64,000 nt of DNA from Mustelus asterias. Taxonomy: Eukaryota. The stretch lies in NCBI RefSeq assembly GCF_964213995.1, contig NW_027590783.1, positions 62,001 through 126,000 on the forward strand. The letters are read 5' to 3'. This document shows, piece by piece, positions 36,232-49,462 of this stretch. The notes below the pieces were generated by a model. That model did not search any database. It worked only from the letters and a program-made list of their open reading frames with translations, and was not told the origin of the DNA. How positions within the stretch are numbered: the stretch's first letter is position 1; the number at the start of each line of letters is the position of its first letter. The position numbers and the translations under genes were made by a program.

Positions 36232-36302
36232 GCCTGGCTATCTTAGTCGGTTGCATGGCAAATGTAATTGCAGAGTCTTGGGTTCAAGTTCCACGTTAGG
36301 CG
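36232..36302 (+). pseudogene. tRNA-Lys pseudogene (other Lys relics on the minus strand at ~19211-19250 and ~42308-42372)
   Basis: GCCTGGCTA.CT.AGTCGGT...GGGTTCAAG..CCACGTT.GGCG scaffold. Confidence 0.6.
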
Positions 36303-37250
36303 CCATTGTTTTTAAACTTTGCTGATTTCCTGGTTAAATTCCAGCTCTCCATTCCTCCGACAGTGACACCATTCAAACTGAGACTTTCTCCATCCCGCGT
36401 TGTTCATCTCACAATTACGGATTTCTGAATAAAAACTGTTTGCAATCATTAGAAGTCAAATAGTTTAGTGTTTCATTCAGGGAGACGTTTTTTAGAAGTC
36501 ATTTAGCCCGAGATTTTTATCCAGAAATAAGTGATATTTCTGTCAATGTAAACGGTTAACTCTGACCTATTACCACCCGGAAGTTAGCTTGTATCACCAT
36601 CTCCATCGTCAGCGCTTTGCAGCCTATCACTGCCTTTGACTATCTGTGTTTGATCTCAGCCTGTCACCCATGTAACATTTCCAACTCTGAAGCAAAACTA
36701 CAAATCTCAATGCACTGATTCTGGCAGAGGTATTTTGGAACAGGAAGTATTGCTGACTTGCTTATTTTTTAAAATCTGAATATATCGAAGGCAGTCTGCG
36801 ACCCTGAAAGGGCCGAATCCTAACCACGAGACCACCAGGATCTCATCTGCCTGATTCTCCCAGACACTGATTACAGCAACGTGCACAGTGCCAATTATCC
36901 GCAGGCACAAACTCCTTCCTGTCTGTTAAGATGTGAAATTGTTTATATTTTCACACTGGCTTCCATTGTGACGAAAGCAGAGCTGTGATAAGCTGATGTT
37001 GTTCAGTACATTTACCGCAGTAAGGTTCATATCAGTTCGATGCTAACATTGCTCTTTGAATGTGGTGAGCTACAGTGAAATTTAATGCAGTTGAAGGTAG
37101 CTTACACATTTTGACAGAATGAACCAGCAAGGGCACTGTGAATATGGATTGCTTTGGTAATTGGTGGGATTGTGAGTGGGACTGATATTTCTCTCTGCTG
37201 TTCAAATTGGAACAGGCATTGAACGAACATTGTCAGACTGTCCCGTGCTT

Positions 37251-37322
37251 GGTTCCGTGGTGTAATGGTAAGCACTCTGGGCTCTGAATCCAGCGATCCG
37301 AGTTCAAATCTCGGCGGAACAA
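37251..37322 (+). tRNA. tRNA-Gln(CTG), 1:72 mismatch (possibly pseudogene)
   Basis: Paralogue of 16897 within a duplicated block; ends GGAACAA instead of GGAACCT. Confidence 0.75.
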
Positions 37323-37685
37323 TGCTTTAATTTGTCAACGCAGATGATTGATAGGTTAAAAAGCATTTCGCTTAATTTTCACACAAAATCAGAATCGAGA
37401 GAACAATCTGTCAGCCAGTTCAATTGCTAAGACAGTGAACATTGCTGAGCCGCTGGCGCCAGATGCCTGCAATGTCAGTGTTTTTCATCTTTTATCGACA
37501 GTTTAAATCATCTGTTGGAAGTAAGAAGCAGTTGGTGTCACAAAATAACAGTGCGACTGGAGTCTGGTAATTATTGAGCAAGTGTATGTGTCTGTGTGTA
37601 TGTTTGAAGGAGAGAATGTGTGTGTGTGTAGGTGTGTGTGTGTGTTTTGGGAGAAAAGTATAGTGTCTTCGTTCAGAGTGCTGTC

Positions 37686-40268
37686 AATTCCATGGTGTAA
37701 CGGATCGCACTCTGGCCTGTCGCCTCCGAAGTCTGGTTTAAATTGGGACAGATGAGTGAGTGAATGACACGACACATGAAGGTGGACCCCCTGCCCATTG
37801 TGGCTTCCGTGTCTCTCAGAGCTTTGTATTCTTGAGGAAAAGTCCTTTGGAGCTGATGCAATGACGCCAAGAATCATTCGCTGCATCGTCTGCAATGGGA
37901 TTGCGGTGGAATTTGCTGAGATTTCCTCAGGAGTTAGACTTTCACTTTCTGAGAATTTGAAATAAAATGCCCTTCAGCAAAAAAAAAGCAATGCGCTGGC
38001 GGGATTGAACTCGGATTGTTGGATTCAAGGTTCAGAGTCCTCACCGGTAAACCACGGAGCACAAAACGCGCCCACAACCTGCAAATGATCACTCGAAGAA
38101 TTTGACCTCTTTCATTCGATGTGGCAGCAACAGCAAGTGCAACAGAAATGCCTCACTATGCGAAGGCACAGTCCCCCAGATCGACATCAAGTCATTTCCT
38201 TCGCAAGCCGTATGGGGAGATATCAGAATAAATAGTCTTGTTTCACAGGTCATTTGCAGCGCTTTGTTGTATCCTGGGTTCCGTGGTGTAATGGTGAGCA
38301 CTTTACACTTTGAATCCAACGATCTGCGTTCAAACCTCGGCGGGGCATTCTACTTCTTTGCCAATACTGATGATCGCTTTGCGGAAGGGCATTTCATTTA
38401 AATTTTTCACAAAGTATGAATCGAGAGGACAATTTGTCAGCCAGTTCAACTGCTATTACAATGCACATTGTTGATCCTCTGGTGCCAGGTGCTTGCAACA
38501 TCTGTGTTTTCTCCCTTACTCTTCGCTACTCTTTAACGCTTTGTCGAAACAAAGGAGCAGTTGGTGCCAAAAGTAGTCTTGTAATTATTGAGCAAGAGTG
38601 TGCAAGTGAGAGATCTGGGTGAAAGGTTTCCTGCCTTAAACATGCGCCCTCTTGCTGCCCAGTTGGTTTCATGGTGTAAAGGTTAGCACTCTGGTTTTTG
38701 AATCCAGCAATCCGAGTTTGAATCTCGGGGGAACCAGTATGCTCAGCATCCCAACTCTTGTTTAACTTGGGACAAGTGATTCAATGAATGGTATCGGTAG
38801 GGGAACCCTGACTTATGTGGCTTTTCTGGCACGGTGGCACAGTGGTTAGCACTGCTGCCTCACAGTGCCAGGAAGCGGGGTTCAGTTCTGTCTTCGGGTG
38901 TCTATCTATGTGCAGTTTGCACTTTCTCCCCGTGTGGAAGGAAACCGAGCACCCGGCGGACAATCCAATGATGTGCGGCCTCGGGTGATTGGCCATGCTA
39001 AATTGTCCACAGCATCAGAGGGACTAACAGGGCAAATACGCGGGGTTACAGAGATAGAGCCTGGGTGGAATTGTTGTCGGTACAGGCTCGATGGACTGAA
39101 TGGCTCCCGTCTGCACAGTAGGGATTCAATGATTCTGTGTCTGAGCGTGTTGCATTCTTGAGCAATCTTTCTCTGGGGTTGAGGCAATGACACCAGCAGA
39201 GTCATTCGCTGCATCGTCTGCAATGTGATTGCGGTGGAATTTTCTGAAATTTCTTCAGTGTTTAAAATACCACTTTCTGAGAATTTTAAATAAAATGCCC
39301 TTCAGCAAACCCATCATCGGCTTTGGCAAAGAAAAGCAAGGTTACACCGAGATCTAAATTCGGATCGCTGGATTCAGAGTCCAGGGTGCTCGCCATTACA
39401 CCATAGATCCAGGAGGACAGCAGTCAGCTGCAAATGATCACTCAAAGCATGTGACCTCTTTCATTCAATATGGCAGCAAAACCAAGTGGGTGAAATGCTT
39501 TGAGTGAGAATTAGCAGCTGGCTGCTCTGTTCTATGTGCTCTGGTCGAATGGTGAGCACTCTGGATCCAGAGGCGGATTCTTGATTTCTTTGCAAAAGCT
39601 GATGATTGGTTTACTGAAGGATTTTCGTTTAAATTTTTCACCAAGTACGAAGCGAGAGGAAAAATTGTCAGCCAGTTTAACTTCTATTACATTGCACATT
39701 GCTGAGCCTCTGGCGACAGATGCCTGCAACATCAGTGTTTTTTAAAGTCTTTTCTCTTCTCTTTCACTCGTCTGTTCAAAGAAAGGAGCAGCTGATGTCA
39801 CATAACAACAACTATTCAACTGGAGACAGACAATTATTGTGCAAGTGTGTGTGTCTGAGTTGGAAGAATGGTCTAGTGATTTAGGTCAGAGTGCTATCGT
39901 TTCTATGGTGTAACGGTTAGCACTCTGGACTGTCACCGTCCGACCTCTTATGTAAATTGGGACAGATGAGTGAGTCAATAACATCTGTAGGTGGACCCCC
40001 TGCTTTCTGTGGCACCTCTGCCTCTGAGCCCTTTGTATTCTTGAACAATCGTCCTCTGGGGCTGATGCAATGGCGCCAGGAGACACATTCACTGCATCGT
40101 CTGCAATGTATTTGCGGTGGAATTTGCTAAAAACATTTCAATGTTCCGAATTCCACTTTCTGAGCCTTTGAAATAAAATGTCCTTCAGCAAACCGGTCAT
40201 CGGCTTCAGCAAAGAAAAGCAAGGTTTCACCAAGATTTGAACTTAGATCGTTGGCTTCAGTGTCCAGA
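37686..40268. pseudogene. Field of tRNA-Gln(CTG/TTG) pseudogenes in alternating orientation (~37686 +, ~37990-38060 -, 38277-38348 +, 38665-38736 +, 39339-39410 -, ~39535 +, ~39898 +, ~40220 -)
   Basis: Gln scaffold recognisable in each copy, embedded in shared ~0.3-0.5-kb flanks. Confidence 0.75.
38828..39133 (+). mobile_element. HE1-type SINE with internal micro-inversion
   Basis: Head GGCACGGTGGCACAGTGGTTAGC. The V-domain core is reversed (GGAAACCGAGCACCCGG) at ~38933-38960. Confidence 0.8.
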
Positions 40269-40304
40269 AACAGTCATTTTTCACAGGGGCAAATGCCCAG
40301 TCAT

Positions 40305-41005
40305 CAATCACTCAGGAACGTCCCTTCGGCCCATCGCGTCCCCACCAGTCAAACAATCGTCTCTCAATTCTAATCCCATGTTCCAGCACTTGGTCTAGTG
40401 CCATGTGTGCTTTGGCTTCACAGTGCATATCGGAATATGTCTTCAATGTTAAGAAGGTCTCTGCCCCGCCATCCTTTCAGCTAGCGATTTCCAGCCTCCC
40501 ATCACCCTCTGGCGGAAAAGTTGTTTTCCTCGCATCCCCACTAAACCTCGTGCCAATTACATTAAATCTTTACTCCTAGTCATTGGTCTCTCCACCAAAT
40601 GGAAAAGTTGATTCCTGTGTACTCTCGCCATGGTCCTTATAGTTATGGGGGACATGGAAAGGGGGACATGGAAACAGTGGACAAGGAACAGCTGTTCTTC
40701 TGAGCTGAATGGTCAGCCACAAGAGGACACGGGGTTAAGATGAGGCTAAGAGGGGATCTGATGATTTCGTTTCTTAACCAGAGGGTGGTGACGGTTTGAA
40801 ATCCGCTACATGGGAGGCTGTAGAGGCGGATTGCTTCACGTCCTTTAAGAAGTATCTGGATGAGCACTTGACACACCATAACATTCAGGGCTATGGTCCA
40901 ATGCTGGCAGATGGGATTAGGTGGCAGTTCGGGTGTTTCTAATGTGTTGGTGTGGACTCGATCGGCCAAAGCGCCTCCTCTGCGCTGTATTATTCGATGA
41001 TTCTA
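40305..41005. mobile_element. Two CR1 3' fragments, back to back (minus ~40305-40640, plus ~40645-41005)
   Basis: CR1 C-terminal (TRGH...FF.QRVV..WN.L) and 3' UTR sequence in opposite orientations. Confidence 0.7.
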
Positions 41006-41029
41006 AGAAATCCCGGTTCAGAACCAGCC

Positions 41030-41140
41030 TTGGTGTGAATCCGATCACAACCGTGAAGTATTTGAATGGTCCCAATCCAGTGTGACTCTGCTATTGTATC
41101 AGTGAATCGGATGACCGAGTGAATCCCTTTTCACTTTCAG
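41030..41140 (-). pseudogene. C2H2 zinc-finger relic
   Basis: Minus strand reads approximately KGFTRSSDSLIQ*QSHTG..PFK, the same finger/linker type as the gene at 100-858. Confidence 0.5.
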
Positions 41141-42888
41141 CTGCTAATGACCTTATTCACACTTTGATTTTACCAATCAGTTTTCAGCTCACAGGGGGAT
41201 CTCAGAGCTTTCTTTGCAATAATTCCTTATTGCGGGAACTCACCAATTAAACACTGTTATCCTGCTGCAGATGATTTACATTGCAATAAAAACAGTAAAT
41301 CCTGGAACTTTCAGCCAATCTGAGTGCATCTGTGAAGAGTGAAACATTGTTCACATGTCCAGTCTATGTTCTTTCATTGGAATTGCATTGTGTCTCTGCG
41401 CCACTTGATTGGCTCTGTTTATCAATCCACTGAAGCAGTCACTGAAAACTGCGCCCCCCCCCCCCCCCACCTCCCCCCCAACTTCACTGGGAGTAAATGG
41501 AAAACGTTTATCATTGCAGCCGAACAAATATTCCTTCATGGGATATTCCATCAACACCTGATGGGACAGAGGGGACATCATTTTAAAATATCCGTCAGTG
41601 CAGCAAACTCTCAGTTATTGCGGGAGTTTTAACCTATATTGTTGTGTTCAAGTGGCAGTAATGCAATTTGGCCTAATGACATTCCAAAATCGTTACCAAC
41701 AGAGTCACAGGAAATTAAACTATTCAATGTAACAGAATTAATGGCAGGATTAGAGGGAGTGGTTCAGTAATGCATTTCACCCAGACGGTGGCTTATAGAA
41801 CTCACAGCCTGAGCTGTGATGAGGGAGAACCCTCCATTGGTTTTGAAAATAGAATACTTGGAAAAAAAGTTGTGGTCCTGTAACCGACGGAGATGCAGAG
41901 AAACAGATACAATGTGGGATAAAACTGGAAGAAATTAGAGATTTAATGGTTTACAAACAAAAACAGAGTCAAGGAAAACAGATGATGAGAGGAGGAAAGA
42001 TCAAACGTCCTTACGATAAAATGAAAGGCTGGAGTGATTGAATGACAACGGGAATCATTATTGTTTCCACTGACACAATATCCCAGATTTGGTTTCAAAT
42101 TTGGCGCAAAATTAGAAGAATCCTTCTCGCTGAATAAAGCACTAAACTAGTCGACTTGCAGGGAAACAGAGATAACTTTAAAGCAGAAAGCAATAAATGT
42201 GATGTGAACAAAGTGGGATGGAGAAAGTCTCAGTTTCAGCGTTGACACTGCCGGGGGAAAGTGGAGCTGGAGTTCACCCAGGAAAGCAGCAAAGTTTAAA
42301 AGTAATGACACCTAACTGGGGCTCAAACCCTGAAATTAAAGCTTCATGTTTTACCGACTGAGCTAGCCAGGAACATGGAAGAAGCGGCACTCCATATCCT
42401 AAAATATGTGAAGACTAGCCTGTTTTTTGTCCATTTGTTGTCTCAGTTTATTCTGATTAAAAAGTTTACAATTAATCGACCGACATAATCCCCAAGGTTT
42501 CAATGTATTCCTCTCAATCATCAATAATTTCATTCACATCCTCCACTTCTTAGTTTCATCTCCATCCTAACAAAGCAAACTCCTCTTACATGTTTCACCT
42601 TAATATTTTTGTTCCAAGTACCCCGGCTGGGTGGAATCAACGTCTTGGTATGTACACTGTAAAACTGTCTCCCAGTTTCAGAATTTATAATCAGATTACT
42701 TCTGGTTATTCTGAACTATAGAAAGAACAGACTCATCCCACTGAATGTCTCCTCCCTGGACAACTGCCTCATCACAGAAATCAATCCAGGGAATTTAGCT
42801 CACACAGACACAGCAGGAAAAAACAGCAAAAAATGAACAGTGCGAGATGCACAGACAGAGAGACTGAGGGGAGAAAACAATGGGACCG

Positions 42889-43125
42889 TTAGAATCTTAG
42901 AATCTTAGAATCCCGACAGCACAGAAAGAGGCCATTCGGCCCATCGAGTCTGCACCGACCACAATCCCATCCAGGCTCTACCCCCATATCCCTACATATT
43001 TTACCCACTAATCCCTCTAACCTACGCATCCCAGGAGACTAAGGGCAATTTTTAGCTTGGCCAATCAACCTAACGCGCACATCTTTGGACTGTGGGGGGA
43101 AACCGGAGCACCCTGAGGAAACATC
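42889..43125 (-). mobile_element. HE1-type SINE, 5'-truncated
   Basis: V-domain plus tail (TTCTAAGA)n. Confidence 0.85.
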
Positions 43126-43613
43126 GAGACAAAGTGAGACAGATAGTGACAGAGATTGGGATGGACACACAACCCACGAATGAACAATAATAAACACACA
43201 GCCAGCTGTCCGAATTACAAGCATAGAGTCATGGAAGTTTACAGCATGGAAACAGGCCCTTCGCCCCACATTGTCCATGCCGCCACGTTTTTAAACACTA
43301 AACTAGTCCCAATTGCCTGTGTTGGGCCCATATTCCTCTCACCATCTTACCCATTTAACTGTCTAAACATTTTATAAAAGACAAACCTGTACCCCCCTCT
43401 CCTACGACATCTGGCAGCTTGGTCCAGACACTCACCATCCTCCGTGTGAAAACATTGCCCATCTGGGCACTTTGTATCTCTCCCCTCTCACCTTAAACCT
43501 ATGCCCTCCAGTTTTAGACTCCCCTGCCTTTGGGGAAAATATTGACTATCCAGCTGATCTATGCCCCTCATTATTTTATAGACCTCTATAAGAACAACCT
43601 CAGTCTTCAACTA

Positions 43614-45344
43614 GGGTGGCACGGTAGCACAGTGGTTAGCAGTGCTGCTTCACACCTCCTGCGACCTGGGTTCGATTCCCGGCTTGGGTCACTGGATAAA
43701 GAACAATACAGCACAGGAATAGGCCCTCCAAGCCCGCGCCGCTCCCTGGTCCAAACTGGACCATTCTTTTGTATCCCTCCATTCCCACTCCGTTCATATG
43801 GCTTTCTGGATCAGTCTTCAACGTTCCCAGTGTGTCCGCCTCCACCACCTTGCCTGGCAGCGCATTCCAGGCCCCCACCACCCTCTGTGTAAAATATGTC
43901 CGTCTGATATCTGTGTTAAACCTCCCCCCCTTCACCTTGAACCCATGACCCCTCGTGAACGTCACCACCGACCTGGGGAAAAGCTTCCCACCGTTCACCC
44001 TATCTATGCCTTTCATAATTTTATACACCTCTATTAAGTCTCCCCTCATCCTCCGTCTTTCCAGGGAGAACAACCCCAGTTTACCCAATCTCTCCTCATA
44101 ACTAAGCCCCTCCATACCAGGTAACATCCTGGTAAACCTCCTCTGTACTCTCTCCAAAGCCTCCACGTCCTTCTGGTAGTGTGGTGACCAGAACTGGACG
44201 CAGTATTCCAGATGCGGCCGAACCAACGTTCTATACATCTGCAACATCAGACCCCAACTTTTATACTCTATGCCCAGTCCTATAAAGGCAAGCATGCCAT
44301 ATGCCTTCTTCACCACCTTCTCCACCTGTGACGTCACTTCCAAGGATCTGTGGACTTGCAGACCCAGGTCCCTCTGCGTATCTACACCCTTTATGGTTCT
44401 GCCATTTATCATATAGCTCCTCCCTACATTATTTATACCAAAATGCATCACTTCGCATTCATCAGGATTGAACTCCATCTGCCATTTCTTTGCCCAAATT
44501 TCCAGCCTATCTATATCCTTCTGTAGCTTCTGACAATGCTCCTTACTATCTGCAACTCCTGCCAATTTTGTGTCGTCCGCAAACTTACTGATCACCCCAG
44601 TTACACCTTCTTCCAGATCATTTATATAAATCACAAACAGCAGAGGTCCCAATACAGAGCCCTGCGGAACACCACTAGTCACAGGCCTCCAGCTGGAAAA
44701 AGACCCTTCCACTACCACCCTCTGTCTTCTGTGACCAAGCCAGTTCTCCACCCATCTAGCCACCTCCCCCTTTATCCCATGAGATCCAACCTTTTTCACC
44801 AGCCTACCATGAGGGACTTTGTCAAACGCTTTACTAACGTCCATATAGACGACATCCACGGCCCTTCCCTCGTCAACCATTTTGGTCACTTCTTCAAAAA
44901 ACTCCACCAGGTTAGTGAGGCATGACCTCCCTCTCACAAAACCATGCTGGCTATCGTTAATGAGTTTATTCCTTTCTAAATGTGCATACATCCTATCTCT
45001 AACAATCTTCTCCAACAACTTCCCCACCACGGACGTCAAGCTCACCGGCCTATAATTACCCGGGTTATCCTCCCTACCCTTCTTAAATAACGGGACCTGT
45101 GTGGAGTTTGCACATTCTCCTCGTGTTTGCGTGGGTTTCCTCCGGGTGCTCTGGTTTCCTCCCACAGTCCAAAGATGGGCGGGTTAGGTTGATTGGCCAT
45201 GCTAAAAATTGCCCTTAGTGTCCTGAGATGCGTAGGTTGGAGGGATTAGTGGGTGGATATGGGGGTAGGGCCTGGGTGGGATTGTTGGCGGTGCAGACTC
45301 GATGGGCCGAATGGCCTCTTTCTGTACTGTAGGGATTCTATGAT
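43614..45344 (+). mobile_element. HE1-type SINE (43614-43694 plus 45097-45344), interrupted by CR1
   Basis: Head ...CTTGGGTCACTG | CTGTGTGGAGTTTGCAC... rejoins exactly when the CR1 is removed. Confidence 0.9.
43695..45096 (-). mobile_element. Young 5'-truncated CR1 with an open RT frame
   Basis: Uninterrupted PLFKKG...NYRPVSLTS...QHGF...KFADD...LEYCVQFWSP (ORF 43636-45165 runs into the SINE on both sides). Confidence 0.93.
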
Positions 45345-46685
45345 GCTCCAGAGAAAAAAGTCCAAGGCTATCCATCCTCTCCTTATAACTCAAAATATCT
45401 GTCCCGGCATCATCCGAGTAAATCTTTTCTGCATTCCTTCTCGTTTAATAATATCCTTTCTATAATAGGGTGGCCAGAGTTGTACACAGTATTCCAAGTG
45501 TGGCCTTACCGATGTCTTGTACAACTTCAACAAGACTCCCAACTGCTGTGTTCAATGTTCTGGCCAATGAAACCAAGCATGCTGAATGCCTTCTCTCTCA
45601 CTCTTTCCACCTGTGACTAAACTTTGAAGGAGCGATGAACTGTACCCCGAGATATCTTTTTTTCTAAAACTCTCACCAACGCCCGTCCATTAATTGAGCA
45701 AGTCCTGTCCTGGTTCGATCTACCAAAATGCATCACCTCGCATTCATCTAAAACAAACTCCATTTGCCATTCATCAGCCCACGAGCCCAGTTGATCAAGA
45801 TCCCGCTGCAATCCTCGATAACCTTCTTCACTGTGCACAATGCCTCCAATCTTGGTGTCATCTGCAAACTTACTAACCATGCCTGCTAAATGCTCATCAA
45901 AATCATTAAAATAAATGACACATAACAGTGGAACCAGGACCGACCCTGAGGCGCACCGCTGGTGACAGGCCTCCAATTTGAAAGCAACTCTCTACAACCA
46001 GCCTCTGTCTTCTGTCATCAAGCCAGTTTTACATCCATTTGGCTACCTCACGCGGAATACCGTAAGATTTAACTTGATGCAACAACCTGCCATGCGGTAT
46101 CTTGTCAAATGCCTACTAAAGTCCATGTAGACAACATCAATTACACTGCCCTCATCGACCTTCTTGGTTACCCTTTCAAAAAACTCAATAAAAATTCGTG
46201 AGACATGATTTTCCACTCACAGAGCCATTCTGATCAGTCCTTGCCTCTCTAAATGCCTCCGGATCCTGTTTCTCAGACTGCCTTCGAACAACTTACCCAC
46301 TACAGATGTGAGGCTCAGCGACCTGTAGCTCCCACGCTTCTCCCTGCAACCCTTTTTAAACAGAAGCACGACATTTCCCACCCTCCAGTATTCAATCAGA
46401 TCACCTGGGCTTTCGATGATTCAGATATCTCTGCAAGGGGTCCTGCTATTTCCCCCGAGTCTCCCATAACGTGGGAGGTCGTCTGAAGGAATGAGGTCCT
46501 CTCAATTCGTGTCTGCAAGCAGAGTCAACCATTGAAAATGTTTCGATTTACTTGTGAGCCTGCTATGGTGTTAGATTGTGCTCAGGTTCTCAACCCAAAG
46601 CCCATGTGAAGCAATCCCGCCGTGTGCAAGGAAAATAAATTTACAGAACCAGTACCTTGTCCAATATGCAACAGAAGCAAAATGT

Positions 46686-46775
46686 GGGCTTGTCCGGGAT
46701 TTGAACACGGGACCTCTCGCAAGCTTGTGAATTTCAACACCCAAAGCGAGAATCATACCCCTAGACCAACGAGCC
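46686..46775 (-). tRNA. tRNA-Pro(TGG) with 18-nt intron at 37/38 (intron 46722-46739)
   Basis: GGCTCGTTGGTCTAGGGGTATGATTCTCGCTTTGGG-[tgttgaaattcacaagct]-TGCGAGAGGTCCCGTGTTCAAATCCCGGACAAGCCC. The exons match vertebrate Pro-TGG except for one acceptor and one T-stem mismatch. Confidence 0.85.
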
Positions 46776-48524
46776 TTCGTTGCAGAGATCTGCCAAAATA
46801 ATTATATTTTCATTGTCATCCAAAATAGATCATATATCTGCATTGAAAGTTGAAAATGCTGGAATCGCTCAGAAAGTCAGAGAGCGTGTGTGCACAGAGA
46901 AACAAAGCTTATCTTTCATCTCTCTACCCTTTCACTGAAACTGGGGATGTTTAAAAATGTAGAACGTTTTGCGCAAATGAGATGCAGGAGGGAGGAAACA
47001 TAACATCCTGTTGGGTGGAAGTCAGGAGATGTGAGATGACGGAAACAGAGAATCACAAAGCGATTAACCGCATAATGAGGCCGTTCCGAAGTTCTTTCCA
47101 GGACACACATGTGCTGTGGATAAAGGGGAACCGGTGGATGTAATGTACATAGATTACACTGGAGCCACATTGATGAGGTTGGTGGGTCTTGAGTTTTGAA
47201 AGTTCCACTCAGTAATATAGAAACAAAGGAATCAGGAGCTCAAGTCGGCAAATTCAGCCCTTCGAACCTGCTTCGTCATTCAATCAGATCATGGCTGATC
47301 TCTCCCTGGTCTCAAGTCTACTTTCCCATCTGTTCTTCTTTCCCCTTTAAACATTTTTTGAAACATCAGAAATATATCTATCTCCTTTTGAAACCATTCA
47401 ATCTTTCAGAACCCACCACGCTCTGGGGCAGCGAGTTCCAGAGATTCACCACTCTGCGAGAACACTCTCTGCGAGAAGTACTTCCTCCTCATTTCAGGTT
47501 TAAATCCACCGCCTCTCAACCTATACCTGCGTCTTCTTGTTCTACATTGCCCCATAGAGGAATCATTTGGTCGACGTTTATTCCATTAGTTCCCTTTAGA
47601 CTTTTGTACACCTCGATAACTTCAGCAACTTGTGAGACTATTTCACCTCGCTGTCGACTTCATGTCCTGGCAAACACAGTGGGTGTTGTCATTCGCTGAA
47701 GGAACCAATTATGTCCCATCTAAACAGGATATTCTGAAGGAAATACTTGTCGCTGATGAAAATGATCTGAGATGAAAATAATAAGCAAAGAGATGTATTT
47801 TAAAGTTTATTTAGTCATGTGACAAGAAGGCTTGCATTAACATTTCAATGAAGTTGCTGTGAAAATCCGGTGGTCACCACTCTTGGCTACCTGTTTAGGT
47901 AATTAGCAGAAGAATCAGCATAACCAATCCAAATACCGTGAGCATCTTTGGACTCTGGGAAGAAACCAGAGCATTCGCAGGAAACCCACACAGAAACACG
48001 AAGAACGTGCAGACTCCACACAGACAATGATCCAAGCCAAGCATCGAATGCTTGTCTTTCGCACTGTGAGGTAGCAGTACCAAACGCTACACCACCGTCC
48101 CATAGGGTACGTCAGTTTAAAAATACAGTTCACCCGTTACCCTTGGAGTCCAGTGGTTTGTGTAAGTAACCCCCGCCGCCCCCCCCCCCCCCCCACCCCC
48201 ACCCCATCCCCGGGTTATGTTTGCTTTCAATTCCCGCTCAGGAAAAGAAGAATCATTTGCCGTTTCCAATTTTGAGGATCACGGACAGGGTGAACGGAAA
48301 GCACCTCTTCCCCTTGGTTGCGAAGTTAATCGTTGCTCTCAGCAAATGGTTAAAAGTAATCTGATTTAAACTCTGATGTAAAGCAGATCAGTAGAATCAG
48401 CAGAGTGAAGTTTGCAAGTTTACTTCAGAGGTGGAAATGTCAAGAACAAACTCAGAAAGAGAAGAACAGTGAGAGATTGTAATGAGTTGGAGCTGCTGGC
48501 ATTGTGCGGTGGGCACAGAAATAA

Positions 48525-48652
48525 ATCTAATAACACCAGGATAAAGTCCAATAGCTTTATTCGGAATAAATAGTTCAAAGAAGCAGCGCTCCCTAAGCTG
48601 GTGATTCCAAATAAACCTGTTGGACTTTAACCTGGTTGTTGTGAGACTTCTA
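48525..48652. mobile_element. Inverted pair of Penelope terminal-repeat remnants
   Basis: AACACCAGG.TAAAGTCCAA..G.TTTATT.GGAAT and its reverse complement ATTCCAAATAAACCTGTTGGACTTTAACCTGGT; same family as 22866. Confidence 0.6.
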
Positions 48653-49380
48653 AAAGTAATAGATTACAAATCGCTGAGGACAGCGATGGTGAAGCAAGGT
48701 AAAATCTGGAAGAGAATGGATCAGATTTCACCGTTTATACTGACACTGAATTATAAAACTTTGAAAATTATCTCACTCTGTAATGAACAATCTTTGGAAA
48801 TATTTATGTCCGGTGTCGCACCCTCGGAACCAAACGTGATGACTGCAGTGGAGCGTTTGTTGTCATTATCTGAACACATTCAATTATGGATGATGACAAA
48901 ATAACAAATAGAACGTGGATAAATCAAATTGTAAAACACGCTGCAAGATGCTTGTCTGGGGGTTAGAGTTTGACACTTTCACTGCTGTTTTAATTGCAGG
49001 TCAGAAAATGAAGATTTATTGCTCTCGTCCGAACCGTGAAAATAAATATAGGATATTTCCTGGAAGAACAGAGAAATCTCAGTCTCACTTCGTGTCCGTC
49101 CTTTCTGAAGTGAAGACCGTGATCAAATACAACAGGACGTTTTATTTTCATTTCGCAGGAGATTGGGAAACAGGCGAGGTTAAGGTAGTTTAAATGGTGC
49201 CGACCCTTCACTGCAGCTCATTTTGTTTCAGACTGGAGATGGATTCTATTTGTTACACAGTTCAGGATTACCAGATTCAGTGAAGGAGCAGATTAAAGCC
49301 TTCTGATGGCCTTTCCCAGCTCCGTTGCTTCTAATGTATTTCAGTAACAAAATCAGTAAATAACACGCTTACCATGTTGT

Positions 49381-49462
49381 TTAGCGTGGCCGAGTGGTCT
49401 ACGGCGCTGGATATAATACTCTAGTTTCTGCAGAAAAGTTCCTTCGAATCCCATCGTTGACA
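49381..49462 (+). pseudogene. tRNA-Leu pseudogene (paralogue of 22601)
   Basis: TAGCGTGGCCGAGTGGTCTACGGCGCTGGAT...TTCGAATCCCA; shares upstream flank with 22601. Confidence 0.7.

Larger units (their letters stand above)
43222..46460 (-). mobile_element. Old CR1 (43222-43613 plus 45345-46460), split by a SINE that is itself split by a young CR1
   Basis: CR1 RT motifs ([10 protein letters not shown]) with many frameshifts. The two parts are colinear across the insertion. Confidence 0.85.

Noticed and set aside
43636-45165. 509-aa ORF as a host gene
   Set aside because: It is a 5'-truncated CR1 RT whose ORF ends are read-through into antisense SINE sequence.
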